This document shows, piece by piece, positions 27,049-35,308 of a DNA stretch of 64,000 nt (the first letter of the stretch is position 1; every line of letters begins with the position of its first letter). Below the pieces are notes generated by a model, which worked only from the letters and a program-made list of their open reading frames with translations, had not been told where the DNA came from and ran no database searches. The position numbers and the translations under genes were made by a program. This DNA comes from an uncultured SAR86 cluster bacterium. Lineage in GTDB: Bacteria > Pseudomonadota > Gammaproteobacteria > Magnimaribacterales > Magnimaribacteraceae. The DNA is taken from positions 1,721 to 65,720 of the forward strand of contig CACGNN010000007.1 of assembly GCA_902574355.1 (NCBI GenBank), given 5' to 3'.

Positions 27049-28223
27049 TGTTTATATCTCTTTTTAATACTTTAAAAGCTACTGGAGTACCGTGTTCTTT
27101 AAGAGAACTCTTGGACTTAATTGCTGCTGTAGATAAGAGGCTAGCTTTTGCAAACATGAATGAATTTTACTTCTTAAGTAGGGCTATTCTGGTGAAAGAT
27201 GAAAAGCACTATGACAAATTCGATAGGGCTTTTGATATTTACTTTAAAGGAATTGAAAGCATAGATGATATTTTAGAAATGTTAATTCCAGATGAATGGT
27301 TGAAAGCTGAATTTGAAAAGCACCTGACTGAAGAGGAGTTAAAGGAAATTCAGTCCTTAGGTGGACTGGAGAAACTGCTTGAAGAGTTCAAGAAAAAACT
27401 CGAAGAACAAGAAGAAAGGCATGAGGGTGGCAATAAACAAATAGGAACCGGAGGCACATCTCCATTCGGAAATTCAGGCGAGAATCCAGAAGGTATCAGA
27501 GTAGGTGGTGAGGGAGGAAAAGGAAAAGCAGCTAAAGTTTGGGAAGCCAGAGACTTTAAAAATCTTGATGATGATGTTGAGCTCGGTACTAGAAATATGA
27601 AAGTTGCTCTCAGAAGACTCAGAAAATTAATTAGAGATAGTGCTAATGAAGAGTTTGATTTAGATAATACCATTAGTTCAACTGCTAAAAAGGCTGGCCT
27701 ATTAGATGTTAAGTTTCGTCCTGAAAAAAGAAATGCTGTAAAAGTGCTTGTTTTGTTTGATGTGGGTGGTTCTATGGACCCTCACATTAGAGTTTGTGAA
27801 GAATTGTTCTCTGCTGCCAAAACAGAATTTAAAAATTTAGAATATTTCTATTTCCATAACTTTATATATGAGACTGTATGGAAAGATAACAGAAGAAGAC
27901 AAAATGAAAGAGTTTACACAGAAGACATAATTCATAAGTATTCAGCAGACTATAAAATTATTTTCGTTGGAGATGCAACTATGGCTCCATATGAAATCAC
28001 TAATCCTGGTGGAAGCATTGAGCACTGGAATGAAGAGGCAGGAGCTCTGTGGATGAAAAGAATGGTAGGTATATATGACAAATTAGTTTGGCTAAATCCT
28101 GTACCTAAGGAACATTGGGAATATAGTGCATCTGTTGAACTAACTAGAAGCCTTGTTGAAGATAATATGTTTCCTTTAACTATAAGGGGTCTTGAAGAGA
28201 GTATGGCTTATTTGAGTAAGTAA
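27048..28223 (+). CDS. VWA-domain protein, CoxE-like (MoxR partner)
   Basis: 391 aa. Gly-rich linker (GTGGTSPFGNSGENPEGIRVGGEGGKG), then a VWA domain with a MIDAS-like LFDVGGSMD. TAATG overlap with the ATPase gene. Confidence 0.8.
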   Translation: MFISLFNTLKATGVPCSLRELLDLIAAVDKRLAFANMNEFYFLSRAILVKDEKHYDKFDRAFDIYFKGIESIDDILEMLIPDEWLKAEFEKHLTEEELKEIQSLGGLEKLLEEFKKKLEEQEERHEGGNKQIGTGGTSPFGNSGENPEGIRVGGEGGKGKAAKVWEARDFKNLDDDVELGTRNMKVALRRLRKLIRDSANEEFDLDNTISSTAKKAGLLDVKFRPEKRNAVKVLVLFDVGGSMDPHIRVCEELFSAAKTEFKNLEYFYFHNFIYETVWKDNRRRQNERVYTEDIIHKYSADYKIIFVGDATMAPYEITNPGGSIEHWNEEAGALWMKRMVGIYDKLVWLNPVPKEHWEYSASVELTRSLVEDNMFPLTIRGLEESMAYLSK

Positions 28224-28226
28224 CTC

Positions 28227-29156
28227 ATGAAAGCCCTTTCCATCTCTAATTTAAAGAAAGAATATGCTGGAGGCTTACAAGCCTTGAAAGGCATCGATTT
28301 AGAAGTCAGTCAAGGTGATTTCTTTGCATTACTCGGACCAAATGGTGCAGGAAAATCAACAACAATAGGAGTTATAAGCTCGCTAGTTACTAAAACCTCA
28401 GGCCAAGTAAAAATTCTAGATATTGATATTGATGAAAGCCACTCCTTAGCAAAAAAGAAACTCGGTGTAGTAGGCCAAGAAGTTAATTTTAATCAATTCG
28501 AAAAAGTCGGCGATATAATTAGGAATCAAGCCGGTTATCATGGGTTGAGTTTTAAAGAAGCTAGAGAAAATGCCAAGTACTATATGCAGAAGCTCGATAT
28601 ATGGGATAAACGTAATGAGCAAGCCAGAAAACTATCTGGTGGTATGAAAAGAAGGGTGATGGTTGCGAAAGCCTTAGTAAACAACCCTGAACTTTTAATA
28701 TTAGATGAACCAACTGCTGGAGTGGATATTGAGCTTCGTCGATCACTTTGGGATTTTCTAACTGAAATCAATAATGAAGGAACTACCATAATTTTAACTA
28801 CACATTATCTTGAAGAAGCTGAGAGATTATGCAGGAACATAGCGATAATAGATTCAGGAGAAATTGTTGAAAATACAAGCATGCAAGAACTTTTAACGCG
28901 TCTGGAAGAAGAAACATTTGTCTTTGATCTTAAAAATCCTCTACAAACATTACCTGATAATCTTGGGTACCAAGCTGTTTTAGAAAACCCACAAAAACTT
29001 AAAGTAACTATTGGAAAAGGCCAAGGTCTTAATACTATTTTTGAAGTTTTATCTAATTCTGGAATTCAAATATCGAGTATGAGGAACGATACAGGTCGTT
29101 TAGAAGAATTATTCATGGGGTTAGTTGATTCAAACTTAAATGGAGGTGAAAGATGA
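28227..29156 (+). CDS. ABC transporter ATP-binding protein (ABC-2 / YadG-like)
   Basis: Walker A GPNGAGKST, signature LSGGMKRR, Walker B LLILDEPT. Confidence 0.9.
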   Translation: MKALSISNLKKEYAGGLQALKGIDLEVSQGDFFALLGPNGAGKSTTIGVISSLVTKTSGQVKILDIDIDESHSLAKKKLGVVGQEVNFNQFEKVGDIIRNQAGYHGLSFKEARENAKYYMQKLDIWDKRNEQARKLSGGMKRRVMVAKALVNNPELLILDEPTAGVDIELRRSLWDFLTEINNEGTTIILTTHYLEEAERLCRNIAIIDSGEIVENTSMQELLTRLEEETFVFDLKNPLQTLPDNLGYQAVLENPQKLKVTIGKGQGLNTIFEVLSNSGIQISSMRNDTGRLEELFMGLVDSNLNGGER

Positions 29157-29941
29157 CTCCATTAGAGCAGTATAGAGCACTACTGACAATTTTGTATAAA
29201 GAGATCCATAGGTTTATGAGGATTTGGACACAAACCCTTATTCCACCAGCAATCATGATTATGCTTTATTTTGTCATTTTCGGAACGCTCATCGGTAAAA
29301 GAATTGGACAAATGGGAGGCTTCGACTATATGCAATTTATGATCCCAGGCTTAATTATGATGTCGGTCATAAGCAATTCTTATTCCAATGTTGTTTCTTC
29401 TTTTTTTGGTCAAAAGTTTGCAAGAAGTATCGAGGAGTTATTAATTACTCCATTACCTCACTATTTAATTTTACTTGGTTGGGTTCTTGGTGGAGTTGCT
29501 AGAGGACTTCTTGTTGGAGCAATAGTCACGATTGTATCACTGTGGTTTTACGATTTATCAGTAAATAACTGGAGTTTGAGTATATTTGTAGTGATTTCCA
29601 CATCTATTCTGTTTTCATTAGGAGGGTTTTTGAACGCTCTTTTCGCAGAATCGTTTGATGACATATCAATTATTCCAACCTTTATAATGCAACCTCTGAT
29701 CTATCTTGGCGGAGTTTTCTACTCCATTCAATTATTACCCTCTTTCTGGCAGACAGTTTCACTAGCTAATCCAATTCTTTATATGATTAATGCTTTTAGA
29801 TATTCTATTTTAGGCGCTTCAGATTTGGAGGCTCTCGGATTTTCAATTAACTATGCAATTTTCATGATTATTGGATTTATAGTTCTTTTCGCTTCTATTT
29901 GTTTGTGGTTCCTTCATAAAGGACGAGGTATAAGATCTTAG
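29153..29941 (+). CDS. ABC-2 type transporter permease (YadH-like)
   Basis: 262 aa with six TM segments. ATGA overlap with the ATPase gene. Confidence 0.85.
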   Translation: MTPLEQYRALLTILYKEIHRFMRIWTQTLIPPAIMIMLYFVIFGTLIGKRIGQMGGFDYMQFMIPGLIMMSVISNSYSNVVSSFFGQKFARSIEELLITPLPHYLILLGWVLGGVARGLLVGAIVTIVSLWFYDLSVNNWSLSIFVVISTSILFSLGGFLNALFAESFDDISIIPTFIMQPLIYLGGVFYSIQLLPSFWQTVSLANPILYMINAFRYSILGASDLEALGFSINYAIFMIIGFIVLFASICLWFLHKGRGIRS

Positions 29942-29944
29942 AGA

Positions 29945-30742
29945 ATGGAAAATACAATCCTAGGTCAAGATTCAATTATTCCTTTGCAGTATGATCCTGC
30001 AATCCTGTCTCCAATAAACAGATTGGATTCAAGAATAAAAAATGGCTTAAATGAATTTTCTGATTTTCATGGTAGAGATTTTTGGACTTCCTATGAAACT
30101 TCATGGCTGAATGATTTCGGGATTCCTCAAAATAAGATTCTCAATATCTCTTATGATTGCAACTCAAAATTTTTTGTGGAGTCAAAATCTTTTAAGTTAT
30201 ATTTATATTCTCTTAATAACAAAAAATTTAAATCTATAGATTCTCTAAAGGATCTAATCAAAGATGATTTAGAGAAAGCATTGAAGACTGATGTTAATGT
30301 TGATTTAGACATGTTACCAAGATCAATCACAGACAGCTCAACTTCAATAGATGAAGAATATCTAGACAAGATAGATTCTTATCCAAATTCTCAGGTAATC
30401 CAACCAGGTGAAAAGGAATACACTTGCGAACATCTGTCTTGTAGTCTTTTCAGAAGTCTATGTCCTGTTACCTCGCAGCCTGACTGGGCGACGATACATA
30501 TTTCCTATAATGGAAACTCTATTCAACATGATGGACTTCTTCGTTATCTTCTTTCTTACCGAAATCATCAGGGATTCCATGAGGAATGTGTAGAAAGAAT
30601 TTTTACAGACTTATTGAAAAGGTGTAGATTAAAAGAACTTTCAGTAAGAGCAAATTTCCTTAGAAGAGGTGGAATTGAAATCAATCCAATCAGAACTACA
30701 CCAAATTATGATATCGAAATCACAAGAGATATTAGACAATAA
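29945..30742 (+). CDS. queF: NADPH-dependent 7-cyano-7-deazaguanine (preQ0) reductase, two-domain type
   Basis: QueF motif ESKSFKLYLYS and the active-site Cys context LCPVTSQPDWATI. The 265 aa length fits the bimodular type II QueF of gammaproteobacteria. Confidence 0.9.
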   Translation: MENTILGQDSIIPLQYDPAILSPINRLDSRIKNGLNEFSDFHGRDFWTSYETSWLNDFGIPQNKILNISYDCNSKFFVESKSFKLYLYSLNNKKFKSIDSLKDLIKDDLEKALKTDVNVDLDMLPRSITDSSTSIDEEYLDKIDSYPNSQVIQPGEKEYTCEHLSCSLFRSLCPVTSQPDWATIHISYNGNSIQHDGLLRYLLSYRNHQGFHEECVERIFTDLLKRCRLKELSVRANFLRRGGIEINPIRTTPNYDIEITRDIRQ

Positions 30743-30754
30743 TATTTTTAATCA

Positions 30755-30955
30755 ATGAAAGATTCAGAGAGTAAAAGATTAAAAGAATTGGAAGTAAGGG
30801 CAACCTTTCAGGAAGATACAATAGAAAAGCTTAGTAAAGAATTAAGCATTCAACAGAAAGAGATTATTTTATTAAAAGAAGAATTAAAGTCTTTAAAAGA
30901 ATCTCACGAGAAGAATATCATTGAAGATACAGGTGAAAGACCCCCTCATTACTGA
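30755..30955 (+). CDS. slyX: SlyX-family coiled-coil protein
   Basis: 66 aa. RLKELEVRATFQEDTIEKLSKEL and the C-terminal ERPPHY match the SlyX pattern (RLAFQE ... PPPHY). Confidence 0.8.
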   Translation: MKDSESKRLKELEVRATFQEDTIEKLSKELSIQQKEIILLKEELKSLKESHEKNIIEDTGERPPHY

Positions 30956-30969
30956 TAAACAACTTGTTA

Positions 30970-30998
30970 TTCAGACATTTTTAAAAAAACACTATAAT
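30970..30998 (+). promoter_or_regulatory. sigma70-like promoter for tRNA-Ser (TTCAGA-N17-TATAAT)
   Basis: A perfect TATAAT at 30993..30998 lies 15 nt upstream of the mature tRNA 5' end. A 4/6 -35 match (TTCAGA) sits at 17-nt spacing. Confidence 0.45.
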
Positions 30999-31013
30999 GC
31001 CGCAACAAAAAAA

Positions 31014-31103
31014 GGAGAGATGGCAGAGTGGTCGAATGCGCACGCTTGGAAAGCGTGTAAGGTGTCAAAGCCTTCGAGGGTTCGAATCCCTCTCTCTCCG
31101 CCA
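31014..31103 (+). tRNA. tRNA-Ser (anticodon GGA)
   Basis: Hand-folded cloverleaf. Acceptor GGAGAGA/TCTCTCC, anticodon stem CACGC/GCGTG with loop TTGGAAA, long variable arm (class II), T-arm GAGGG-TTCGAAT-CCCTC, encoded CCA. Confidence 0.95.
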
Positions 31104-31255
31104 CCATTCAGTTATCTGAATGAGAGTGCAGATTTATATAGCAAAAAAGAATGGAAAAGGTAATAGGGTTATCCGTTAATAGAGTTGATATACTTAAGGT
31201 AATAGAGACTCAACAGTCCTATGACAAACTATCCGCTAAGTAAAAGGAGAAAAAT

Positions 31256-32116
31256 ATGAATGATCTTAAAAATAAAACTTTATTTGTTTCAGGGGCGAGC
31301 AGGGGTATAGGCCTCGCAATTGCTAAAAGAGCTGCCAAGGATGGAGCAAATATTATTTTAGCTGCAAAAACAGCTGAGCCTCATCCTAAGCTCCCAGGTA
31401 CTATTTATACCGCTGCAGATGAAATTATCGAAGAAGGTGGTCAGGCATTACCTGTAATTTGCGACATACGAGATGAAGAAAACGTAAGAGATGCAGTAAA
31501 TAAAGGTTTAGATCATTTCGGTGGCATTGATATTTGCGTAAACAATGCGTCTGCAATTCAACTGACTGGTACTCTTCAAACTGATATGAAAAGGTATGAT
31601 TTAATGAATCAAATAAATGCCAGAGGCACTTTTTTGGTCAGTAAAGTCTGCCTTCCTCATCTGCTAAAGTCTGATAATCCTCATATTCTAAATTTGTCAC
31701 CCCCTCTGGATATGGATCCAAAATGGTTTGGTCCGCATGTTGCGTATACGATGGCTAAATTTGGAATGAGTCTTTGCGTTCTTGGTATGGCAGAGGAATT
31801 TAAAGAAGATGGGGTTGCTGTAAATGCCCTGTGGCCCAGGACTGCTGTTGCGACTGCAGCTATAAAAAATGCGTTAGGAGGAGACAGTATTATGAATATA
31901 TCAAGATCTCCAGAGATAATGGCAGATGCAGCTTATGTAATATTAACTAAAGATTCTAAGGAATTTACAGGGAATTTCTGTATTGATGATAATTTGCTTG
32001 CTGATAATGGAGTGACTGATTTCTCCCAGTATGCCGAAGTTCCTTTTTCAGAATTGGCACCAGACTTTTTTGTTCCTGATGATATTGAACCACCCGAAGC
32101 TGCAAAAAATAGTTAA
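31256..32116 (+). CDS. SDR-family oxidoreductase (HSDL2-like)
   Basis: SGASRGIGLAIA cofactor motif, NNAS, and YTMAKFG (YxxxK). Confidence 0.85.
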   Translation: MNDLKNKTLFVSGASRGIGLAIAKRAAKDGANIILAAKTAEPHPKLPGTIYTAADEIIEEGGQALPVICDIRDEENVRDAVNKGLDHFGGIDICVNNASAIQLTGTLQTDMKRYDLMNQINARGTFLVSKVCLPHLLKSDNPHILNLSPPLDMDPKWFGPHVAYTMAKFGMSLCVLGMAEEFKEDGVAVNALWPRTAVATAAIKNALGGDSIMNISRSPEIMADAAYVILTKDSKEFTGNFCIDDNLLADNGVTDFSQYAEVPFSELAPDFFVPDDIEPPEAAKNS

Positions 32117-32589
32117 TGAAAAGATTCTTTCTTACAGTTTTTGTTTTCTATCTACCTATTTTTTTAGCTTCAGATGAAAAAAAAATTGAAGACTGTACTC
32201 TGATAGCAAACGACAGAGAAAGACTATCTTGTTTTGATAGCTTCTTTAAAACTGATAAGAAATTAATACTTGTCGATCAGGAAGACATAGTTCTCTTTCA
32301 AGAGAAGATCGAAGATGCTGATGGAGATGATGATAAGGTAATAGTTAAAGCACCACGATCCGTTATAAATGACAATCTCGTCCTAGTAGGAGTGAGACTG
32401 TCTGGAAGAGACTATTTATTTGAGTTGAATGATAAGTCTGTTTGGAAAAATATAGAAACTATTAGAAAAAAGGATATTCCTAGGCCGGGAGATAAAGTTA
32501 TTCTTGAAACTGGTTTGTTTGGATCCATGTTTTTAAAAATAAAAGGTGAAAAAAATAAAATTCGAATAAAAAAAGTAAGAAATCCATGA
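32116..32589 (+). CDS. hypothetical secreted protein
   Basis: 157 aa. N-terminal signal-like segment FFLTVFVFYLPIFLA and a CTLIANDRERLSCFD motif. TAATG overlap upstream and ATGA overlap downstream. Confidence 0.5.
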   Translation: MKRFFLTVFVFYLPIFLASDEKKIEDCTLIANDRERLSCFDSFFKTDKKLILVDQEDIVLFQEKIEDADGDDDKVIVKAPRSVINDNLVLVGVRLSGRDYLFELNDKSVWKNIETIRKKDIPRPGDKVILETGLFGSMFLKIKGEKNKIRIKKVRNP

Positions 32590-32975
32590 ACAAGATAAAA
32601 GAAAAAAGGGAGTTTGAAGCTTCTCCAGAGAGTATTTGGAATATAGTGAGTAATATCTCTAGAAGTGACTGGGTGCCAGGAGTTGAGAGTATTGAACTTG
32701 AAGGCAATAAGAGGATCTTCAAGATGACAGGTATGGGCAGACTAGTTGAAGAAATAATAGAATGCGATGATGAGAATATGGAGCTTACCTATTCTGCGAT
32801 AGAGACTATGATTCCTATTCAACACCATCTAGCAAAAATTAAATTGTTAGAAATGGAAGGTAATACGATTTTTGAATGGACTACCGAGATTGATCCTCCT
32901 GAATTTTCTGAGCCTATAAGACAAGGTATGCTTTCATCTCTTGACCAACTCGAAAAAGTACTAAAAAACGCTTAA
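32586..32975 (+). CDS. SRPBCC (START/polyketide-cyclase-like) family protein
   Basis: 129 aa. The length and pattern (SPESIWNIVSNISRSDWVPGVESIELEG ... ) are typical of SRPBCC ligand-binding proteins. Confidence 0.6.
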   Translation: MNKIKEKREFEASPESIWNIVSNISRSDWVPGVESIELEGNKRIFKMTGMGRLVEEIIECDDENMELTYSAIETMIPIQHHLAKIKLLEMEGNTIFEWTTEIDPPEFSEPIRQGMLSSLDQLEKVLKNA

Positions 32976-33043
32976 AAAACCTTTTTCTTATCATGCATAA
33001 CTGATAAGGTTCTTACACATACATAGATTACTGGGGAGGGTTT

Positions 33044-33211
33044 ATGTTAGTACTAAGCAGGAAGGCTGAAGAGTCAATGTACATCGGGGATAATATCAAA
33101 ATTACGGTTTTAGATATCAGAGGAGGGCAAGTAAGGATAGGTATTACTGCTCCTGATGATATTAAGATTCATCGAGAGGAAGTATACAATCGTATCTCAA
33201 GTGAAAATTAG
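33044..33211 (+). CDS. csrA: carbon storage regulator CsrA (not in the supplied ORF track: 55 aa)
   Basis: Own translation: [55 protein letters not shown]. It aligns along its length with E. coli CsrA ([51 protein letters not shown]). GGGGAGGG Shine-Dalgarno 5 nt upstream. Confidence 0.92.
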   Translation: MLVLSRKAEESMYIGDNIKITVLDIRGGQVRIGITAPDDIKIHREEVYNRISSEN

Positions 33212-33240
33212 ATAGCGAATGAAGTTATCTAAATAGGAGT

Positions 33241-33246
33241 TATAAT
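33241..33246 (+). promoter_or_regulatory. -10 box (TATAAT) for tRNA-Arg
   Basis: A perfect TATAAT ends 8 nt upstream of the mature tRNA 5' end. No convincing -35. Read-through from csrA is also possible. Confidence 0.35.
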
Positions 33247-33254
33247 CTATTCTA

Positions 33255-33331
33255 GGGGCTGTAGCTCATTTGGATAGAGTGTCTGGCTACGAACTAGAAG
33301 GTAGCAGGTTCGAATCCTGCCAGCCCCGCCA
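33255..33331 (+). tRNA. tRNA-Arg (anticodon ACG)
   Basis: Hand-folded. Acceptor GGGGCTG/CAGCCCC, anticodon stem TCTGG/CTAGA with loop CTACGAA, T-arm GCAGG-TTCGAAT-CCTGC, encoded CCA. Confidence 0.95.
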
Positions 33332-33358
33332 CAAAAAACATTGAATGAGGATATAAAA

Positions 33359-33790
33359 ATGAATGCAGTAGATAAATGGCATGATGTAATGAAAAGCGGC
33401 GGCTCAGGAGCAGAAGATAAACTAGATGAGCTTCTTCACGAAGATGTTATATTTTATTCACCAGTAGTATTTACACCCCAAAGAGGAAAAGAAATTACGA
33501 AATTATATTTGTCAGCTGCCTCTGGCGTATTTACTTCTGAAAAAACAAATAAAGATTCAAATAAAAAGAACTCTAAGTTTAAGTATGTGAAAGAGATTAT
33601 TAGCGGTAATTCTGCGTGTTTAGAATTTGAAACTGAAATGAATGGAATCTACGTTAATGGAATTGATCTCATTACCTGGGATCAAGACAACAAAATTATT
33701 GAATTTAAAGTAATAGTTAGACCCCTTCAGGCAGTCAATACGCTACATGCAATGATGGGTAAAATGCTAGATAAATTAAAGTCAGAGTAA
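33359..33790 (+). CDS. NTF2/SnoaL-like fold protein
   Basis: About 143 aa. The tracked TTG start at 33341 abuts the tRNA. The ATG at 33359 has a GAGGA 8 nt upstream. The pattern (VDKWHDVMKSG ... DVIFYSPVVFTP) is SnoaL-like. Confidence 0.55.
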   Translation: MNAVDKWHDVMKSGGSGAEDKLDELLHEDVIFYSPVVFTPQRGKEITKLYLSAASGVFTSEKTNKDSNKKNSKFKYVKEIISGNSACLEFETEMNGIYVNGIDLITWDQDNKIIEFKVIVRPLQAVNTLHAMMGKMLDKLKSE

Positions 33791-33792
33791 TT

Positions 33793-34482
33793 TTGAGAGT
33801 CTTTCTTTCATATGGAGTACATCTTTTTACTGTATCTGGTGTTTTCTTTAGCTTTTTAGCTCTGATTGCATCAATTGAAAGAAATTTACCTTTAGTTTTT
33901 TTCTATCTAGCAATAGCACTCTTTATAGATGGAGTAGATGGGTCTTTAGCCAGAAGGGTCGATGTAAAAAAATATACACCAAACATAAACGGCGAAAATT
34001 TAGATAATATCATCGACTATCTAAATTATGTTTTTCTACCTGCTTTTGTAATTTATTGGCTTGATTTAGTTCCTGAAGGAATGGCTTTAATATCTATAGC
34101 TAGTATTCTCATAGTATCTTGTTACACATTTGCGAATAATAATATCAAAACTTCTGATTTCTATTTCTCCGGCTTTCCTGCACTTTGGAATGTTGTAATC
34201 CTCTACTTTTATATATTAGACACTGATCCTTTTACCAATCTTTTGGTTATCTTTGCCTTGTCCTTTCTTACTTTTATTCCTTTTAAGTACAGTCATCCAT
34301 TTAGGGTAAAAGAGTTTAGAAAATCAACTTTATCCGTTTTGATGATATGGATGATAACAACGGTGCTTTTGTTGTATTTTGATCATTTAGAAGAAACGCT
34401 TTTAAAAATATCTTTTTTAATTTGGTCATTAACAAATGTATATTTTATCTTTTTAACAATTTTAAGAAGCTTAAAGAGCTAG
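33793..34482 (+). CDS. pcs: phosphatidylcholine synthase (CDP-alcohol phosphatidyltransferase family)
   Basis: 229 aa, multi-TM. CDP-alcohol motif DGVDGSLARRVDVKKYTPNINGENLDNIIDY. YFFSGFPALWNVV and SHPFRVKEFR resemble Sinorhizobium Pcs (DGIDGPIARKV ... GDTLDNVIDY, YFFSGFPVVWNMV, LHPVRVKRLR). TTG start. Confidence 0.8.
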   Translation: MRVFLSYGVHLFTVSGVFFSFLALIASIERNLPLVFFYLAIALFIDGVDGSLARRVDVKKYTPNINGENLDNIIDYLNYVFLPAFVIYWLDLVPEGMALISIASILIVSCYTFANNNIKTSDFYFSGFPALWNVVILYFYILDTDPFTNLLVIFALSFLTFIPFKYSHPFRVKEFRKSTLSVLMIWMITTVLLLYFDHLEETLLKISFLIWSLTNVYFIFLTILRSLKS

Positions 34483-34513
34483 TTGTTTTTTTAAAAAGAA
34501 AAAATTTAATTTT

Positions 34514-35305
34514 TTATTTTTCTCGAAACCATTTTGTAATAATGGTTTTATTACCTTTGAGAACAGGATGTGCTTGATGCGTGGTATTGCCGTTAAGCGT
34601 CTTATCCTCATTAAGATTATTCCATATAAGTGCCTTTCCGACTTCGGGTGAAAACATTCTATTTAATTTAGGGAATTCTGTTTCACCACCTTCAAGAACA
34701 CTATTTAAATAGATCATAAAGGTATATGTTCTTTGACCTCTGCCTTTATCATGCAATAGAAGTTGATCTGCATCGAAGTAATCGGTATGTTCTTTGAATT
34801 CTTGACCCTCAAGGTAATGTTGACCTTGAAGTATTTCACCATGAGAAATATCTATGCCAATAAAATTGCATATTTTTTTATCAATATCATTAATAAAGGA
34901 AGAATCTCTGTAGCCTAAATCACAGGTACTACTTGTTCTAAAGGTAGGATCATATTCACCAGAACTTGCAATTGTTGAAGGTCTAAGTTTACTTGTAATT
35001 TCAAAAATTAATCTCTGGCAATCCTCTTTTGAAAGAAAGTTTTCAACCTCATAAATCTCTGCAGGTACATGTTGGATATTATCTACTGGTATTATTTTGT
35101 TTGGGTAATATTTTTGTTGAATTACAGGAGCTTCCTTTACCTGAACTAAATCATCAATGCCAAGCTCTAAACCTAGAGCCATTTTACATTGAGAAATGTC
35201 AAAACCTTCGCATAGTAGAGTCTCTAATAGCTCATTTTCATTACTATCTTTTTTGATATTTTTAAATATCCAGTCTAATTTCTCTTGCGTTAAGTCTTTC
35301 TGCAT
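34514..35305 (-). CDS. 2-oxoglutarate/Fe(II)-dependent oxygenase, prolyl 4-hydroxylase-like
   Basis: 263 aa. HxD...H facial triad (KEHTDYFD ... THQAHPV) and the 2OG-binding KTIITKW. About 80 aa N-terminal extra domain. Confidence 0.8.
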   Translation of the reverse strand: MQKDLTQEKLDWIFKNIKKDSNENELLETLLCEGFDISQCKMALGLELGIDDLVQVKEAPVIQQKYYPNKIIPVDNIQHVPAEIYEVENFLSKEDCQRLIFEITSKLRPSTIASSGEYDPTFRTSSTCDLGYRDSSFINDIDKKICNFIGIDISHGEILQGQHYLEGQEFKEHTDYFDADQLLLHDKGRGQRTYTFMIYLNSVLEGGETEFPKLNRMFSPEVGKALIWNNLNEDKTLNGNTTHQAHPVLKGNKTIITKWFREK

Positions 35306-35308
35306 TAA

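Noticed and set aside
26194-28223. MoxR-VWA pair as a biological-conflict (defence) system
   Set aside because: It consists only of the two core genes, with no effector, STAND/iSTAND, protease or nuclease partner. The flanking genes are ordinary metabolic and transport genes, and there are no signs of a mobile island. A maturation chaperone of unknown client is more likely.
30921-31163. Tracked 80-aa + strand ORF
   Set aside because: It runs straight through the tRNA-Ser(GGA) gene (31014..31103). Its peptide (…AEWSNAHAWKACKVSKPSRVRIPLSPPP…) is simply the translated tRNA. Spurious.
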